Source: Leptolyngbyaceae cyanobacterium
GTDB lineage: Bacteria; Cyanobacteriota; Cyanobacteriia; Phormidesmidales; Phormidesmidaceae
Length of the DNA stretch: 64,000 nt
Assembly (NCBI GenBank): GCA_965263355.1
Contig: CBDHHL010000056.1
Span: forward strand, 864,001 to 928,000
Reading direction: 5' to 3'
The position numbers and the translations under genes were made by a program. This document shows positions 48,904 through 59,203 of the stretch, in pieces. Each line of letters begins with the position of its first letter. Within the stretch, counting starts at the first letter, position 1. The notes beneath the pieces are model-generated. The model was given only the letters and a program-made list of their open reading frames with translations, made no database searches and had not been told where the DNA came from.

Positions 48904-51900
48904 CTAATCTCCCTCCAGCGCTTTTGCTAATTTTTTACTAATCAAATCATCTAAACTCTCTTCTGATAATGTCCGCAGCTGATCAGAAAGTTCGGGTATT
49001 TCAGATGGGGATTCCACATCAACGCTAGAGACATCAAAATCGGCATGGGAAAGATCAGGATTATTAGCGGCTCCCCATTCTAAAACGTCGACCATAATAT
49101 ACTTGGCCAAACTTAAAATATTAGGATGTTCAAAAATGAGCACAGTCGGCAAGGCTATTGCTAAACTGGCTTCTAACTTGTTTTTGAGCGCTACCGCCAT
49201 AAGGGAATCCATACCCATATCAAAGAATCCGCGATGGGGATCGATCAACGATGCGCCTTCCCGGTGACCAAGTGCTTGCGCAACAGTCCGTTGTAAATAA
49301 AGCACCACCTGCTCTTGGCGCTCATCCATCTGGGGGATTTTCTCTAGCTCTTGCCACAATTCATCTTGCTGCCCCAAATTGATTTGATTATCCCCATGGC
49401 CGATTTCAGTGAGGAGACGCTTACCGGTAGTACTCTCATACAGAGGCTTGAAGATCGACCAGTCCATCTCAGCTACAATCAGGTTGGTTACCGGACCTGA
49501 TGTTGAGCTATTTTGACGATCCGGCAGAATAAATCCGCCTGCTACATCAAGTAAATTCTCAGGTGTGGTGAGATGCAAGCCAATTTGAGTTGTATACTTT
49601 TCACCTTCAGGCGATGCCAACGCCATGCCGCCACCCGCTAAGGCCCCCACATTAACCGTCAGACCAGGTAAATCCAGCTGTTGCCGATAAGTAGCAAAGA
49701 TATCGAGGAAGTAATTGGCAGCGGCATAATGTCCCAACCCCTGGGAACCAAAGATGGGAGACATGGAAGATGTGCAGAAGAAGAAATTCAGATCCAAATC
49801 GAGGGTCAGCTGATGCAGATTCCAGGTGCCCCAAACCTTAGGACGCAGCATTGCTGTTAAATCAGTCTCTGTAATCTCTGGAATGGTCTTTTGCTGTGTT
49901 GCCCCTGCAATGTGAAAAATCCCTTTAATGGGTGGTGCGATCGCTTGCACTGTCTCAATGGCTTCTGCCATCGCCGCTGCATCCGCGACATCAGCCTGCA
50001 AGACCTGAACATTGACACCGTTCTGTTGTAATGTTTCGATCACCTGCAAGGCTCGACCAGAAGGGGCTCGACGACCAGTTAATGCCAGGGACTTAACGCC
50101 CTTACTAGCTAGCCACTGGGCACTTCCCAGGCCGAAGTGTCCCAATCCGCCGGTAATAAGATAGGTCGCATTGGTGCTGAAGGTAATGGCTTCGGGGGGT
50201 ACCTGCGTTTTTGCACTACGAACCAATCGCACGATGTAGCGCTGGCCATTGCGGAACACAATCTGAGCGTCAGCGCTAGGGCTGGAGGGTCTGAGGAGCT
50301 GATGTTGCAGTTGCTGAACGCTCCCAGAGAGCGGAGCCGTACTGTCAAGATCGATGAGTCCACCCCAGAACTGAGGAAATTCAGTGGCAGCAACTCGGCC
50401 TAACCCCCACATGGGCGCTTGGGCAATTGAGCGTGGTGTTATTTCTGCAGCGGTCTCCCCACCGACCGTTTGCACGTCTTCTGTGATAATCCAAAGCTTA
50501 GGAGGAGACGTTGTTGCCAGGTTGGCATTGGGGGTGACTGTGGTGACCGATTGGACTAGATGTAACAGACTGGTGACGGTCAATGCCTGGTCAGCTTGTA
50601 GGCTCGCCAGGGTAGTTTTCTGGCTGGGGGTAACGTCTAAACTCCAGAGGTGAATAATCCCCTTGCAAGGGGGTTTATCCGCCGACAACAATTGTTTGAG
50701 GAGATTATCCATCGCCCTAGGATCGGTTGGGTCCAGGCTGTGAATAGAGGAACGCTCTAGCCCAATGTCAGCAGGCGTGTCGATGATTTCGGATGTTTCA
50801 GCGCCTTGACAATATACCAACTCACAGACATGTCCCTGGTTCTGAAGCTGGGTAGCAAGGGTGGTGCCAAGGTTTTTGCGATCGCAAAAAATAATCCAAC
50901 GCCCCGTTGCCTCTTCCTTTACTCTGTCGTCTGTGGCACCAATATCGTCCAGGGGAGCCAGCTGCCATACCAACTCATACAACCAGTCATGGCCTAACGG
51001 TGGGGTTTGGTCAGAGTCGGCCATGGGGCTAGTCCGTTGCATCTGTAGCCCCAACACTTCAACCGTCACCTCGCCAGCAGCGTTGAAGATACGCACATCC
51101 CCCTGAATCGTATCTTGATTCTCTCCACCGAGCTGTTTTAAGACAGCATGGCTCCACCCTTCTCTCCCCAAAGGTCCATGCACCTCAAAACTATCAATTC
51201 TTGTGGGCAAATAAAGAGAATCTGGCTCCGAGAACCCGTTATCAAGCCCATCATTACCGTCTGGGGGACTACTGCCTCCTAGCGGGGTAAACAATGTAGC
51301 CCCCAACACCTGATGACAAGCATCCAGCACAGGTGCATAGACCTCCAGGGCATTGGTATTTGCCACGATCCCCGCTGGCGTTTTTATCTCAGCCAAAACC
51401 TCCTGGTGCCCCAGCCAAAATTGCTGGATGCCCCGGTAGGTTTCTCCTAGCTGCAGACCGTGCTTTGCCAGGAGCTGATAGAAGTCTGCGCCACTCTGAC
51501 GAGCTTGACAACGGGCACGTACCTCTTCGAGGCTAGCTTTGGCAATACTGGAGTTGCCTACCGACGTAGCGCCTTGACTGGCCGACGACCTGACCAGATT
51601 GTCATAGGCTCCACTGTCTGCCACTGATACCCGTTGGACATCCACCTGACGATACCGTTCTTTTAATTCGTTCAGGTAAGGTAAATGCTCAATCACCGCT
51701 TGCTTACTGGGTCCAAAGTCCAGCAAACAGGCAATCTCATCAACCCCAATCTGATCGAGATCCCTCACCAGCTCCAAACAACTCTCGGGTGTTCCAATTA
51801 GCCCCCTGGAGGTGGCAAAGCGCTCGTACAGGAAATTGACAAATGTATCGAGATCGCGCTCCGACAATGTGGCGAAGTCAATATCTTGTCCTCGACTCTG

Positions 51901-52689
51901 GGCCAACCCCCGCAGTAAGCCAATATTAGATTTGAGATAGTCACAGTAGGGCTTACGGGCCTGTTCGCAGACTGTCGCAAATTCCTCACCGACAAAGGTA
52001 TGTAACATCAGGGAAACAATCCCCGCTTCGGGATCATGACCATGTTTGGCCCGTGCCTGCCGATAGAGGGCAATCTTTTCCGCCAGGGGTTCAATACCCT
52101 GATCGAGTAAATGGGTCAGTAAATTAGCACCGATTTTCCCGGCGTTAGCAAAGGTTTGGGGATTACTCGCTGCGGTGATCCAAATGGGCAGTTGGGGCTG
52201 AATTGGTGTGGGATAAATGCGCACCGTTGTGGGTTGTCCCTTGCCATTGGTAACAGCAATGCTCTCCCCTTGCCAGAGTTGATTTAAGGTGATGATGTTT
52301 TCAAACAACAGCTGATGCCGCTGTTCATAAACCTCTGGACACCAGGCAAAGTCATCGGGGTTCCAGCCCGAGGCCAGGGAAATACCCACCCGACCATTAG
52401 ACAAATTGTCCACCATAGCCCAAGCTTCTGCCAGGGCCAGGGGATGGTGTAATGGCATAACAACGCTGCCTGCCTGCAGCCGAATACGCTCGGTTACCTG
52501 GGACAACGCCGCATTTAAGACCGCTGGATTGGGGTATAAACTCCCAAACTGGGTAAAGTGACGCTCCGGGGTCCAAATGCTGGAAAAGCCGTGCTCATCA
52601 CCAAACTTAGCGCTGTCGATTACCAGACCGTATTTCTCGTCAGCCAGGGCATCTTCAGTGCTGGCAAAAAACATAAGACCAAATTTCAT
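48904..52689 (-). CDS. PKS protein: luciferase-like flavin monooxygenase (MupA/Atu3671 type)-DH(C-half)-KR-ACP
   Basis: WTPERHF...YPNP and GWNPDDF (LLM); FYQ...LDACHQ...LPTRI (second DH hotdog); TGGLGHFG...YAAAN (KR); GMDSL (ACP). Confidence 0.92.
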   Translation of the reverse strand: MKFGLMFFASTEDALADEKYGLVIDSAKFGDEHGFSSIWTPERHFTQFGSLYPNPAVLNAALSQVTERIRLQAGSVVMPLHHPLALAEAWAMVDNLSNGRVGISLASGWNPDDFAWCPEVYEQRHQLLFENIITLNQLWQGESIAVTNGKGQPTTVRIYPTPIQPQLPIWITAASNPQTFANAGKIGANLLTHLLDQGIEPLAEKIALYRQARAKHGHDPEAGIVSLMLHTFVGEEFATVCEQARKPYCDYLKSNIGLLRGLAQSRGQDIDFATLSERDLDTFVNFLYERFATSRGLIGTPESCLELVRDLDQIGVDEIACLLDFGPSKQAVIEHLPYLNELKERYRQVDVQRVSVADSGAYDNLVRSSASQGATSVGNSSIAKASLEEVRARCQARQSGADFYQLLAKHGLQLGETYRGIQQFWLGHQEVLAEIKTPAGIVANTNALEVYAPVLDACHQVLGATLFTPLGGSSPPDGNDGLDNGFSEPDSLYLPTRIDSFEVHGPLGREGWSHAVLKQLGGENQDTIQGDVRIFNAAGEVTVEVLGLQMQRTSPMADSDQTPPLGHDWLYELVWQLAPLDDIGATDDRVKEEATGRWIIFCDRKNLGTTLATQLQNQGHVCELVYCQGAETSEIIDTPADIGLERSSIHSLDPTDPRAMDNLLKQLLSADKPPCKGIIHLWSLDVTPSQKTTLASLQADQALTVTSLLHLVQSVTTVTPNANLATTSPPKLWIITEDVQTVGGETAAEITPRSIAQAPMWGLGRVAATEFPQFWGGLIDLDSTAPLSGSVQQLQHQLLRPSSPSADAQIVFRNGQRYIVRLVRSAKTQVPPEAITFSTNATYLITGGLGHFGLGSAQWLASKGVKSLALTGRRAPSGRALQVIETLQQNGVNVQVLQADVADAAAMAEAIETVQAIAPPIKGIFHIAGATQQKTIPEITETDLTAMLRPKVWGTWNLHQLTLDLDLNFFFCTSSMSPIFGSQGLGHYAAANYFLDIFATYRQQLDLPGLTVNVGALAGGGMALASPEGEKYTTQIGLHLTTPENLLDVAGGFILPDRQNSSTSGPVTNLIVAEMDWSIFKPLYESTTGKRLLTEIGHGDNQINLGQQDELWQELEKIPQMDERQEQVVLYLQRTVAQALGHREGASLIDPHRGFFDMGMDSLMAVALKNKLEASLAIALPTVLIFEHPNILSLAKYIMVDVLEWGAANNPDLSHADFDVSSVDVESPSEIPELSDQLRTLSEESLDDLISKKLAKALEGD

Positions 52690-52693
52690 GTCC

Positions 52694-55600
52694 CTATTTT
52701 CCCCCCTTTACTGCTGTCATCCGTCCGGCAGAGCCATTCCTGGTAGATCTCATTGGCATCTCTCCTGATGATTTAGGGGGACCGGCACCGATGGACTTGC
52801 GCCGACTGACATTGGCATCGGCATACAGCGTCCAATCCTCTGCTGCATCGCCTTGAGTCAGTCGGCAGCTATAGATCTGCAGCTGGCATTGATCGGCTGC
52901 TCGGGGGGTCAAGACCACCTGTACCCGTTGATCCCCCTGGCTGGATAAAAACAGGGGATAGTAAAGCTTGAGGTTGGTAATTTGATTCCAGGGTTCCTGA
53001 AACGCCGCCTGGGTCGCCTCCAGGGCAATTTGCAAATAACCAGTATGGGGCATAATCACCGTGTGCCAGACCTGATGATCCTTAAGCCAGGTGAGATAGG
53101 TGTCATCGACAACAACATCCCAAACATACGCATCAGCCCAGGGAGCCGGAGGAGACAAGCGGTACCCTAAAATTGGGTGGCGCTCTCCAGAATAGAGTGA
53201 TGATTTCCTAATGTCTGGGTCAGATATTGAACTGGCTGCAGAATCACACCAATAGCGCTGTCGCTGGAACGGATAGGTAGGTAGGGCAATTTTTTGACGT
53301 TGGGGTGCATCCGGATAAACACCGTGCCAATTGATTTTCACACCTCTTATGTACAGCTCACCCAGGCTCGTGAGCATTTGTTGCCAGTCATTTTGTCTAG
53401 GTCTTAGGCTAGGCAACCAGGCTTTTCCATCTGCCGGTAAAAACTGTTGCCCCATGCCCAACAAAATCGGCTTTGGTCCACATTCAAGAAAGATATCACA
53501 GGTTTGATGTAGTGACTTGATGCCTGCTGCAAAATTAACGGGAGAAAGGATGTGCTGGCACCAATAGTCAGGGCTGGCAACAGCATCTGTTGCCAGCTGC
53601 CCCGTGATATTGGAAACAAACTTACGTTGGGGCAGAGCGTAACTGACCTGTTGAGCCACTGCCTTAAACTCCGCTAACATGGGTTGCATTAACGAAGAGT
53701 GGAAGGCGTGGGAGACCTGTAGTATTTTATGCTTCACGCCATCCTTATCTAACTGGGTGACAATACCCTGAACAGCAGACTCCGGACCAGAGATAACAGT
53801 ACTGCTGGGGCCATTGATAGCTGCGATCGCAACCGTCTCCTCTCCAGACAATGCAATGGCTGCCCTAACTCGCTCCACTGAGGCCATCAGGGAAACCATC
53901 CCCCCCCCTGATGGTAACTGTTGCATCAATCGACCGCGGGCGGCAATCAGCTTCAGTCCATCCTCCAGACTAAAGACGCCTGCGGCCCAGGCAGCCACAT
54001 ACTCGCCAACACTATGCCCCATAAAGACTGTAGGCTCGATTCCCCATGACTCCCACAGTTGATACAACGCATACTCTAGAGAAAACAATGCAGGCTGCGC
54101 ATAGGCCGTTTGGTGAATCAGCGTTGCCGTATTAGATGAGCCATTACTTGAACTATCACTGGGGTGTTGAGGATACAACACTTGCAACAATGGGATGTCC
54201 AGCCAGGCATCTAGAATCTCACTACACCGATCCAATGCCTGACGAAAAACCGACTGTGTAGCATAGAGTCGTTTACCCATATCTACATACTGGGAACCTT
54301 GTCCCGTAAATAGACAGGCAATTTGGAGAGATTTCTGCAGATTGACACCCCCATTGCTTTTGAGATAGCCAACTGCCTCTTCCTGACAAACAACTGCTTC
54401 GAGTTGCTGAGTTAGCTTCTGAACCGAATCATGCACCAAGGCTAATCGATGATCAAAATGGGACCGCCCCGTATTGGCACTGAAACAAAGATCGACAACA
54501 GAGACGTCAGGATGGTGAAGCAAAAACTCACGATATCGCTGCGCTAAGGCCCGCAATGCACCCTCATCTTTAGCAGAAATTGTCAATAGATGAAGGTCAT
54601 GTTGTAGCACAGAGGCCCCCAAGCTGTTTGTCTGACAATCAGGGCCAGAGCCCGCAAGCTTGGCAATACCAGCTAGTCCAGACAAGACCACATGGGCATT
54701 GGTACCGCCAAACCCAAAGGAACTTATCCCCGCGACCCGACCTGTTTCAAGGGGCCAGTCTGTCAGGGCTGTGGGAATCTTTAAAGGCGTATTCTCTAAC
54801 TTGATATAAGGATTTAGTTGCTTGAAGTGTAAATGGGGGGGAATCCGACCATAGTGCAAAGATAAGACCACTTTAATCAACCCTGCAATACCCGCTGCAG
54901 CTTCTAAATGGCCAATATTGGTTTTGAGAGAGGCAATCCAACAAGCCGAATCCTGCTCTCTCTCCTGCATCAGTACGGTTTTAAGCGCATTCATCTCAAT
55001 GGGATCTCCCAGGGATGTACCGGTGCCGTGTGCCTCTACATAGCTCACCTGGGAAGGTTCTACACTCGCATTGTTAAGTGCCTGACGAATCACATCCTGC
55101 TGGGCGAGGCCATTGGGAGCTGTTAGACCATTACTACAGCCATCCTGGTTAATGGCTGAGCCTAAAATAACCCCGAAAATAGAATCGTTATCTGCGATCG
55201 CGTCTGCCAGACGCTTGAGCACTACCATTCCACACCCTTCCCCTCGCACATAGCCATTGGCATCCGCGTCAAAGGCCTTACAACGGCCATCAGGAGCCAT
55301 CATCTGGGCCAGAGAAAAGGTGGTTGTAAGCTGATGCGTCAGCATTAGATTAACGCCTCCCACAAGGGCCAGGGAACATTCCTCCTGTCGTAGACTTTGA
55401 CAGGCCTGGTGAACCGCCACCAGGGAAGAGGAACAGGCAGTATCGATGGCCAAACTAGGACCCCGAAAATCAAAGGCATAGGAAAGGCGATTGGCTGCAA
55501 TACTCAGGGCATTGCCGGTGCCAACATAGGCATTAAGTTGACTCAAATCATTGAGCTGCAGTTGAGCATAATCTGACGTACTAATGCCGACAAACACCCC

Positions 55601-58105
55601 TGTTTGACTACCTGCCAGATCGGCTGGGGCCAAATTCGCATTTTCTAAAGCTTCCCAGCTCACTTCTAAAAGCAGCCGCTGCTGTGGATCTAAGCTGGTA
55701 GCCTCGCGGGGAGAAATACTGAAGAACTCTGCATCAAACTGATCAACATCACTCAAGAATCCTCCCCATCGACTGGTATTGAGTCCAGCAAGTGCACTGA
55801 CATTCCAACGCTCATCGGGCACTTGAGTAATGGCATCCTGCCCAGTTTGTAGCAATTCCCAGAATGCCTCCGGAGTGGGCGCCCCTGGAAAGCGACAGCC
55901 AACACCAATGATGGCAATCATGTCTGGATCGACCTGAGGGGAACCCAACCCATTTGATGCAGGGGAAGAGGAGGGCACTTGATTTGCCTGGGCTGGGGAG
56001 GACACTGAATCACCAGACAAATATTGCGTCAAATTGGCCAGGGTTGGATAGTCGTAAAGCAATGTAGGGGAAATCTCTTGCCCTAGCCAATCTTGCAACT
56101 GCCCCGATAATCCCACCGCTACCGCAGAACTGAGCCCATAGTGGGCCAAGGGTTCATAAATATCAATCTCATGGGGAGCCACCTGCAATTGTGCCGCCAC
56201 CTGAGCAATTAACCAAGCCTGAATCGTTCCTGCATCGGGAAAATCAAGCACTTTAACGGGCTGCTTTTCCACCTTTGGTAAAGGAACTCGGCTTGTTTCA
56301 CCCAGCTGCCAACTCGCAACAGAATTCAAGCCATCGTTGGCAAATTCAGCTTGACATGTTCGTCGCCTCACCTTGCCGCTGGATGTTTTCGGCAAACTAC
56401 CCGGCTTTAGCAGTTGAACTGCATATAGGGGTAAATCATGGTACTCAGATACAGCCCTGCGCATCTGGCAAAAAATCTCATCAGGAGCCAGTTTGCGCAA
56501 ATAGCGACGCTCCACTTCATGAACCACCACCAGCTGTTCTTGTCCTTCAATTTCAAGTCCAAAAGCGGCCCCACCACCCGCTCGCAGGGCCGAATGACTG
56601 CGCTCAATGGTCAATTCAATATCCTGGGGGTAGTGATTTCGTCCCTGGATAATAATAAGATCCTTAATCCGTCCAGTGACAAAGAGTTCTTTATCTCGAA
56701 AAAAACCTAAATCACCTGTTCGCAAAAATGGTCCTTCTCCGGTGTCTGCAGTAAAGGCTTGAAAGGTCTCTCTTGTCTCCTGAGGGCGTTGCCAATACCC
56801 CTGGGCAACATTGCCACCTGCCACCCAAATTTCACCTACCTGCTCAGGCAAACAGCGGGTTAAATCTTCAGGATTAACAATAATAATCTCTTGCTCTAAC
56901 CAGGTTTGCCCACATCCAACAATCCCTTTACTATAAAGCTGTTTAACAGCTTGATTTTCATCGGCTACAACTACTTGGTTCTGACTTAACGCATCCTCCT
57001 GAACCTCGAAGATCACGGGTGCTTGTGCCTTTAATCCTCCCGAAACCAACAAACTGGTTTCTGCCATACCATAACAAGGATAAAAGGATTGCCAATGAAA
57101 CCCACAGGACTCAAAAGTAGCTGAAAACCTCCGTAAGGTGTCTTCCCGTACGGGCTCTGCGCCACTATATGCTACATCCCAAGAACTCAAGTCTAGGCTC
57201 GCTCGTTGTTCAGCAGTAGTTCTCTGAATACACAACTCATAGGCAAAATTAGGGGCACCACTGGTGGTGGCACGATAGTGGGAAATAGCCTGCAACCACC
57301 GCAACGGTTTTTGTAAAAATGCAACCGGTGGCATTAGAGCACAAGGAATACCTAAATAAAGAGGCTGCAGAACATTACCAATCAATCCCATATCATGATG
57401 TAGGGGAAGCCAACCGACAAAAATAGTCTGATCGGTATGCCCAAAGGCAGCCTCAATCATGCGTTCGTTGTACATCAAATTGGCATGGGTCAGCATGACG
57501 CCTTTTGGAGTACCGGTTGACCCAGATGTGTACTGCAGGAATGCCAATGTTTTTGCAGTGATACCGGCATCTTGCCAGGGGAACACCTGCTCGGTGAGAA
57601 GATCCTTATCAGTCACCAACCATTGAACAGGAGAAGAACACCCAGGAGACACTAAATGCAACTGGAGTTGCGCCAATAACTTGGTGGTTGTAAGGACTAC
57701 ACTAGCATCAGCATCGGCAACAATGGCCTGCAGTCGGATTGCATTCCGGTTAGCCCGAGGAGGATATGCAGGCACAGCAACCAAGCCTGCATAGAGACAA
57801 CCAAAAAAGGCCGCTATAAATTCAAGACTTGACGGATAAACCAGGAGTGCGCGCTCCCCTGGAGTGCAGGTCTGCCGAAGTTGAGCAGCAATGACACGAG
57901 CCTGACAATCCAGCTCTAGATAAGTTAAACGACCCGATTCAGACTCCCCATCTTGGAGAAAAATATAAGCAGTTTGGTGCGGTTGATGCTGGGCTCGATA
58001 GCGCAACAGATCTATCAATGTATCGGAACAAGCTGGCCTGCTCGAACTACATTCCTCATCTAGATAACTCTTGCCTGAATTCGCCCTCATTGATATCTTC
58101 ACCAA
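52694..58105 (-). CDS. Starter PKS: FAAL-ACP-KS-AT-DH(N-half)
   Basis: [41 protein letters not shown] and PKTSSGK; ACP YGLSS; KS DTACSSS; AT GHSVG/HAFHS; HPILG...DHQV...P first DH hotdog. Confidence 0.95.
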   Translation of the reverse strand: MVKISMRANSGKSYLDEECSSSRPACSDTLIDLLRYRAQHQPHQTAYIFLQDGESESGRLTYLELDCQARVIAAQLRQTCTPGERALLVYPSSLEFIAAFFGCLYAGLVAVPAYPPRANRNAIRLQAIVADADASVVLTTTKLLAQLQLHLVSPGCSSPVQWLVTDKDLLTEQVFPWQDAGITAKTLAFLQYTSGSTGTPKGVMLTHANLMYNERMIEAAFGHTDQTIFVGWLPLHHDMGLIGNVLQPLYLGIPCALMPPVAFLQKPLRWLQAISHYRATTSGAPNFAYELCIQRTTAEQRASLDLSSWDVAYSGAEPVREDTLRRFSATFESCGFHWQSFYPCYGMAETSLLVSGGLKAQAPVIFEVQEDALSQNQVVVADENQAVKQLYSKGIVGCGQTWLEQEIIIVNPEDLTRCLPEQVGEIWVAGGNVAQGYWQRPQETRETFQAFTADTGEGPFLRTGDLGFFRDKELFVTGRIKDLIIIQGRNHYPQDIELTIERSHSALRAGGGAAFGLEIEGQEQLVVVHEVERRYLRKLAPDEIFCQMRRAVSEYHDLPLYAVQLLKPGSLPKTSSGKVRRRTCQAEFANDGLNSVASWQLGETSRVPLPKVEKQPVKVLDFPDAGTIQAWLIAQVAAQLQVAPHEIDIYEPLAHYGLSSAVAVGLSGQLQDWLGQEISPTLLYDYPTLANLTQYLSGDSVSSPAQANQVPSSSPASNGLGSPQVDPDMIAIIGVGCRFPGAPTPEAFWELLQTGQDAITQVPDERWNVSALAGLNTSRWGGFLSDVDQFDAEFFSISPREATSLDPQQRLLLEVSWEALENANLAPADLAGSQTGVFVGISTSDYAQLQLNDLSQLNAYVGTGNALSIAANRLSYAFDFRGPSLAIDTACSSSLVAVHQACQSLRQEECSLALVGGVNLMLTHQLTTTFSLAQMMAPDGRCKAFDADANGYVRGEGCGMVVLKRLADAIADNDSIFGVILGSAINQDGCSNGLTAPNGLAQQDVIRQALNNASVEPSQVSYVEAHGTGTSLGDPIEMNALKTVLMQEREQDSACWIASLKTNIGHLEAAAGIAGLIKVVLSLHYGRIPPHLHFKQLNPYIKLENTPLKIPTALTDWPLETGRVAGISSFGFGGTNAHVVLSGLAGIAKLAGSGPDCQTNSLGASVLQHDLHLLTISAKDEGALRALAQRYREFLLHHPDVSVVDLCFSANTGRSHFDHRLALVHDSVQKLTQQLEAVVCQEEAVGYLKSNGGVNLQKSLQIACLFTGQGSQYVDMGKRLYATQSVFRQALDRCSEILDAWLDIPLLQVLYPQHPSDSSSNGSSNTATLIHQTAYAQPALFSLEYALYQLWESWGIEPTVFMGHSVGEYVAAWAAGVFSLEDGLKLIAARGRLMQQLPSGGGMVSLMASVERVRAAIALSGEETVAIAAINGPSSTVISGPESAVQGIVTQLDKDGVKHKILQVSHAFHSSLMQPMLAEFKAVAQQVSYALPQRKFVSNITGQLATDAVASPDYWCQHILSPVNFAAGIKSLHQTCDIFLECGPKPILLGMGQQFLPADGKAWLPSLRPRQNDWQQMLTSLGELYIRGVKINWHGVYPDAPQRQKIALPTYPFQRQRYWCDSAASSISDPDIRKSSLYSGERHPILGYRLSPPAPWADAYVWDVVVDDTYLTWLKDHQVWHTVIMPHTGYLQIALEATQAAFQEPWNQITNLKLYYPLFLSSQGDQRVQVVLTPRAADQCQLQIYSCRLTQGDAAEDWTLYADANVSRRKSIGAGPPKSSGEMPMRSTRNGSAGRMTAVKGGK

Positions 58106-59203
58106 TAAAAATTTTCACGAAGCCTGGTCAAGCCAAATACTCAATAAACCCTTCAATTAAAGTGTTATACCCCAACACTACGTCAAAAAACAGGGCACAC
58201 TTCTTATCTCAAATCATTTCAGAAAAGAGAAACACGCGTCTAGAAATATCACCAGACAATCACAGCAGCCAAAGAATTCCTACAGAATGCTATATCCAGG
58301 AGAATACAGCATTAATACACTTTCAATCAACTGCCCAGAACACACTTCGAGCAAAACATTTAATACCCCTACAACTACCCCAATACCTGAGCAGCCTAGG
58401 ACAGAACATTAGGGACTCTAATACATAACTAGGGACTCTAATACATAATTAATGTCATAATTCGATAACTGCAGAAACCTTACCCAAGGGCTCGACAGTA
58501 ATAACTATTATTTTTAAGTCCTGCTCTGCCAAATTCTATCAAGAATTACATGACTTTGCCTCCTAAATTTCATCATGATGTCTAATACATTCGCTCTTAT
58601 TACAAGCTACTCATTGAATCACAGCTTTGGGTACTGAATTACGACGTAACAGTGCTTGGAAAAGGCGAGTTTAGGCCATTAAAGCAGTGAAAAGTAAAAA
58701 ACTGGTAAAATCTGGCCCAAATTATCGTGGGATTACAAACAAATGTGCCCCTCACGGAGTTGCCTAAAGGGTATTCATATAATAAATTCATAGCCCTCAT
58801 CGTTAACGACACTCAATGTTCTTAGCCAGACTGCTTGTATTTTATTATTGTGGCAACCTGCACAGGTGTGATATTGTGGCTGCGGGTTCTGAGTTCGAGT
58901 AACGCAGCGTGTTCTCAAATACTATCTAATGAATGTGTTTTTTGGAGTGCATTGTATAAAGATGGTGTTGATTCAGGAAAATTTTGCTAGGCAGCTATTC
59001 TTTCTGTGAAATTGCTGTTCTGATTAAAGCGAGTTTTTTGGGCAACAAGTTCCTGTAAATGCCTTTTGTAGCTTTTGGGGTGTTTTCACAAGATGTTATT
59101 GAGTTTTCACTTGTGAAATCAGTTAATTAACTACCAATGTTGCGAAGCAGGCTGATTGAGTCTTTCGCTTGATTTTTGTGCATTTATTACGTAATTGGGC
59201 ACT
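58106..59203. promoter_or_regulatory. ~1.1-kb AT-rich divergent promoter/leader region of the BGC
   Basis: Lies between the divergent FAAL-PKS and GH13 genes; no credible CDS. Confidence 0.6.
58410..58448. repeat. 19-bp perfect tandem repeat, 20-bp period
   Basis: TAGGGACTCTAATACATAA at 58410-58428 and 58430-58448. Confidence 0.9.

Noticed and set aside
6401..58105. Siderophore cluster (Orn modules, 'iron uptake porin' nearby)
   Set aside because: No Orn N-hydroxylase, TauD-type Asp hydroxylase, TonB-dependent receptor or convincing Fur box in the window; the porin name is a generic family label
21338..58105. Numerous 60-125 aa antisense or alternative-frame ORFs inside the megasynthase genes
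   Set aside because: Shadow ORFs of long coding sequences with no independent evidence
58018..58428. 136-aa ORF antisense to the FAAL start
   Set aside because: Overlaps the PKS start, has no recognisable motif and lies in a probable promoter/leader region
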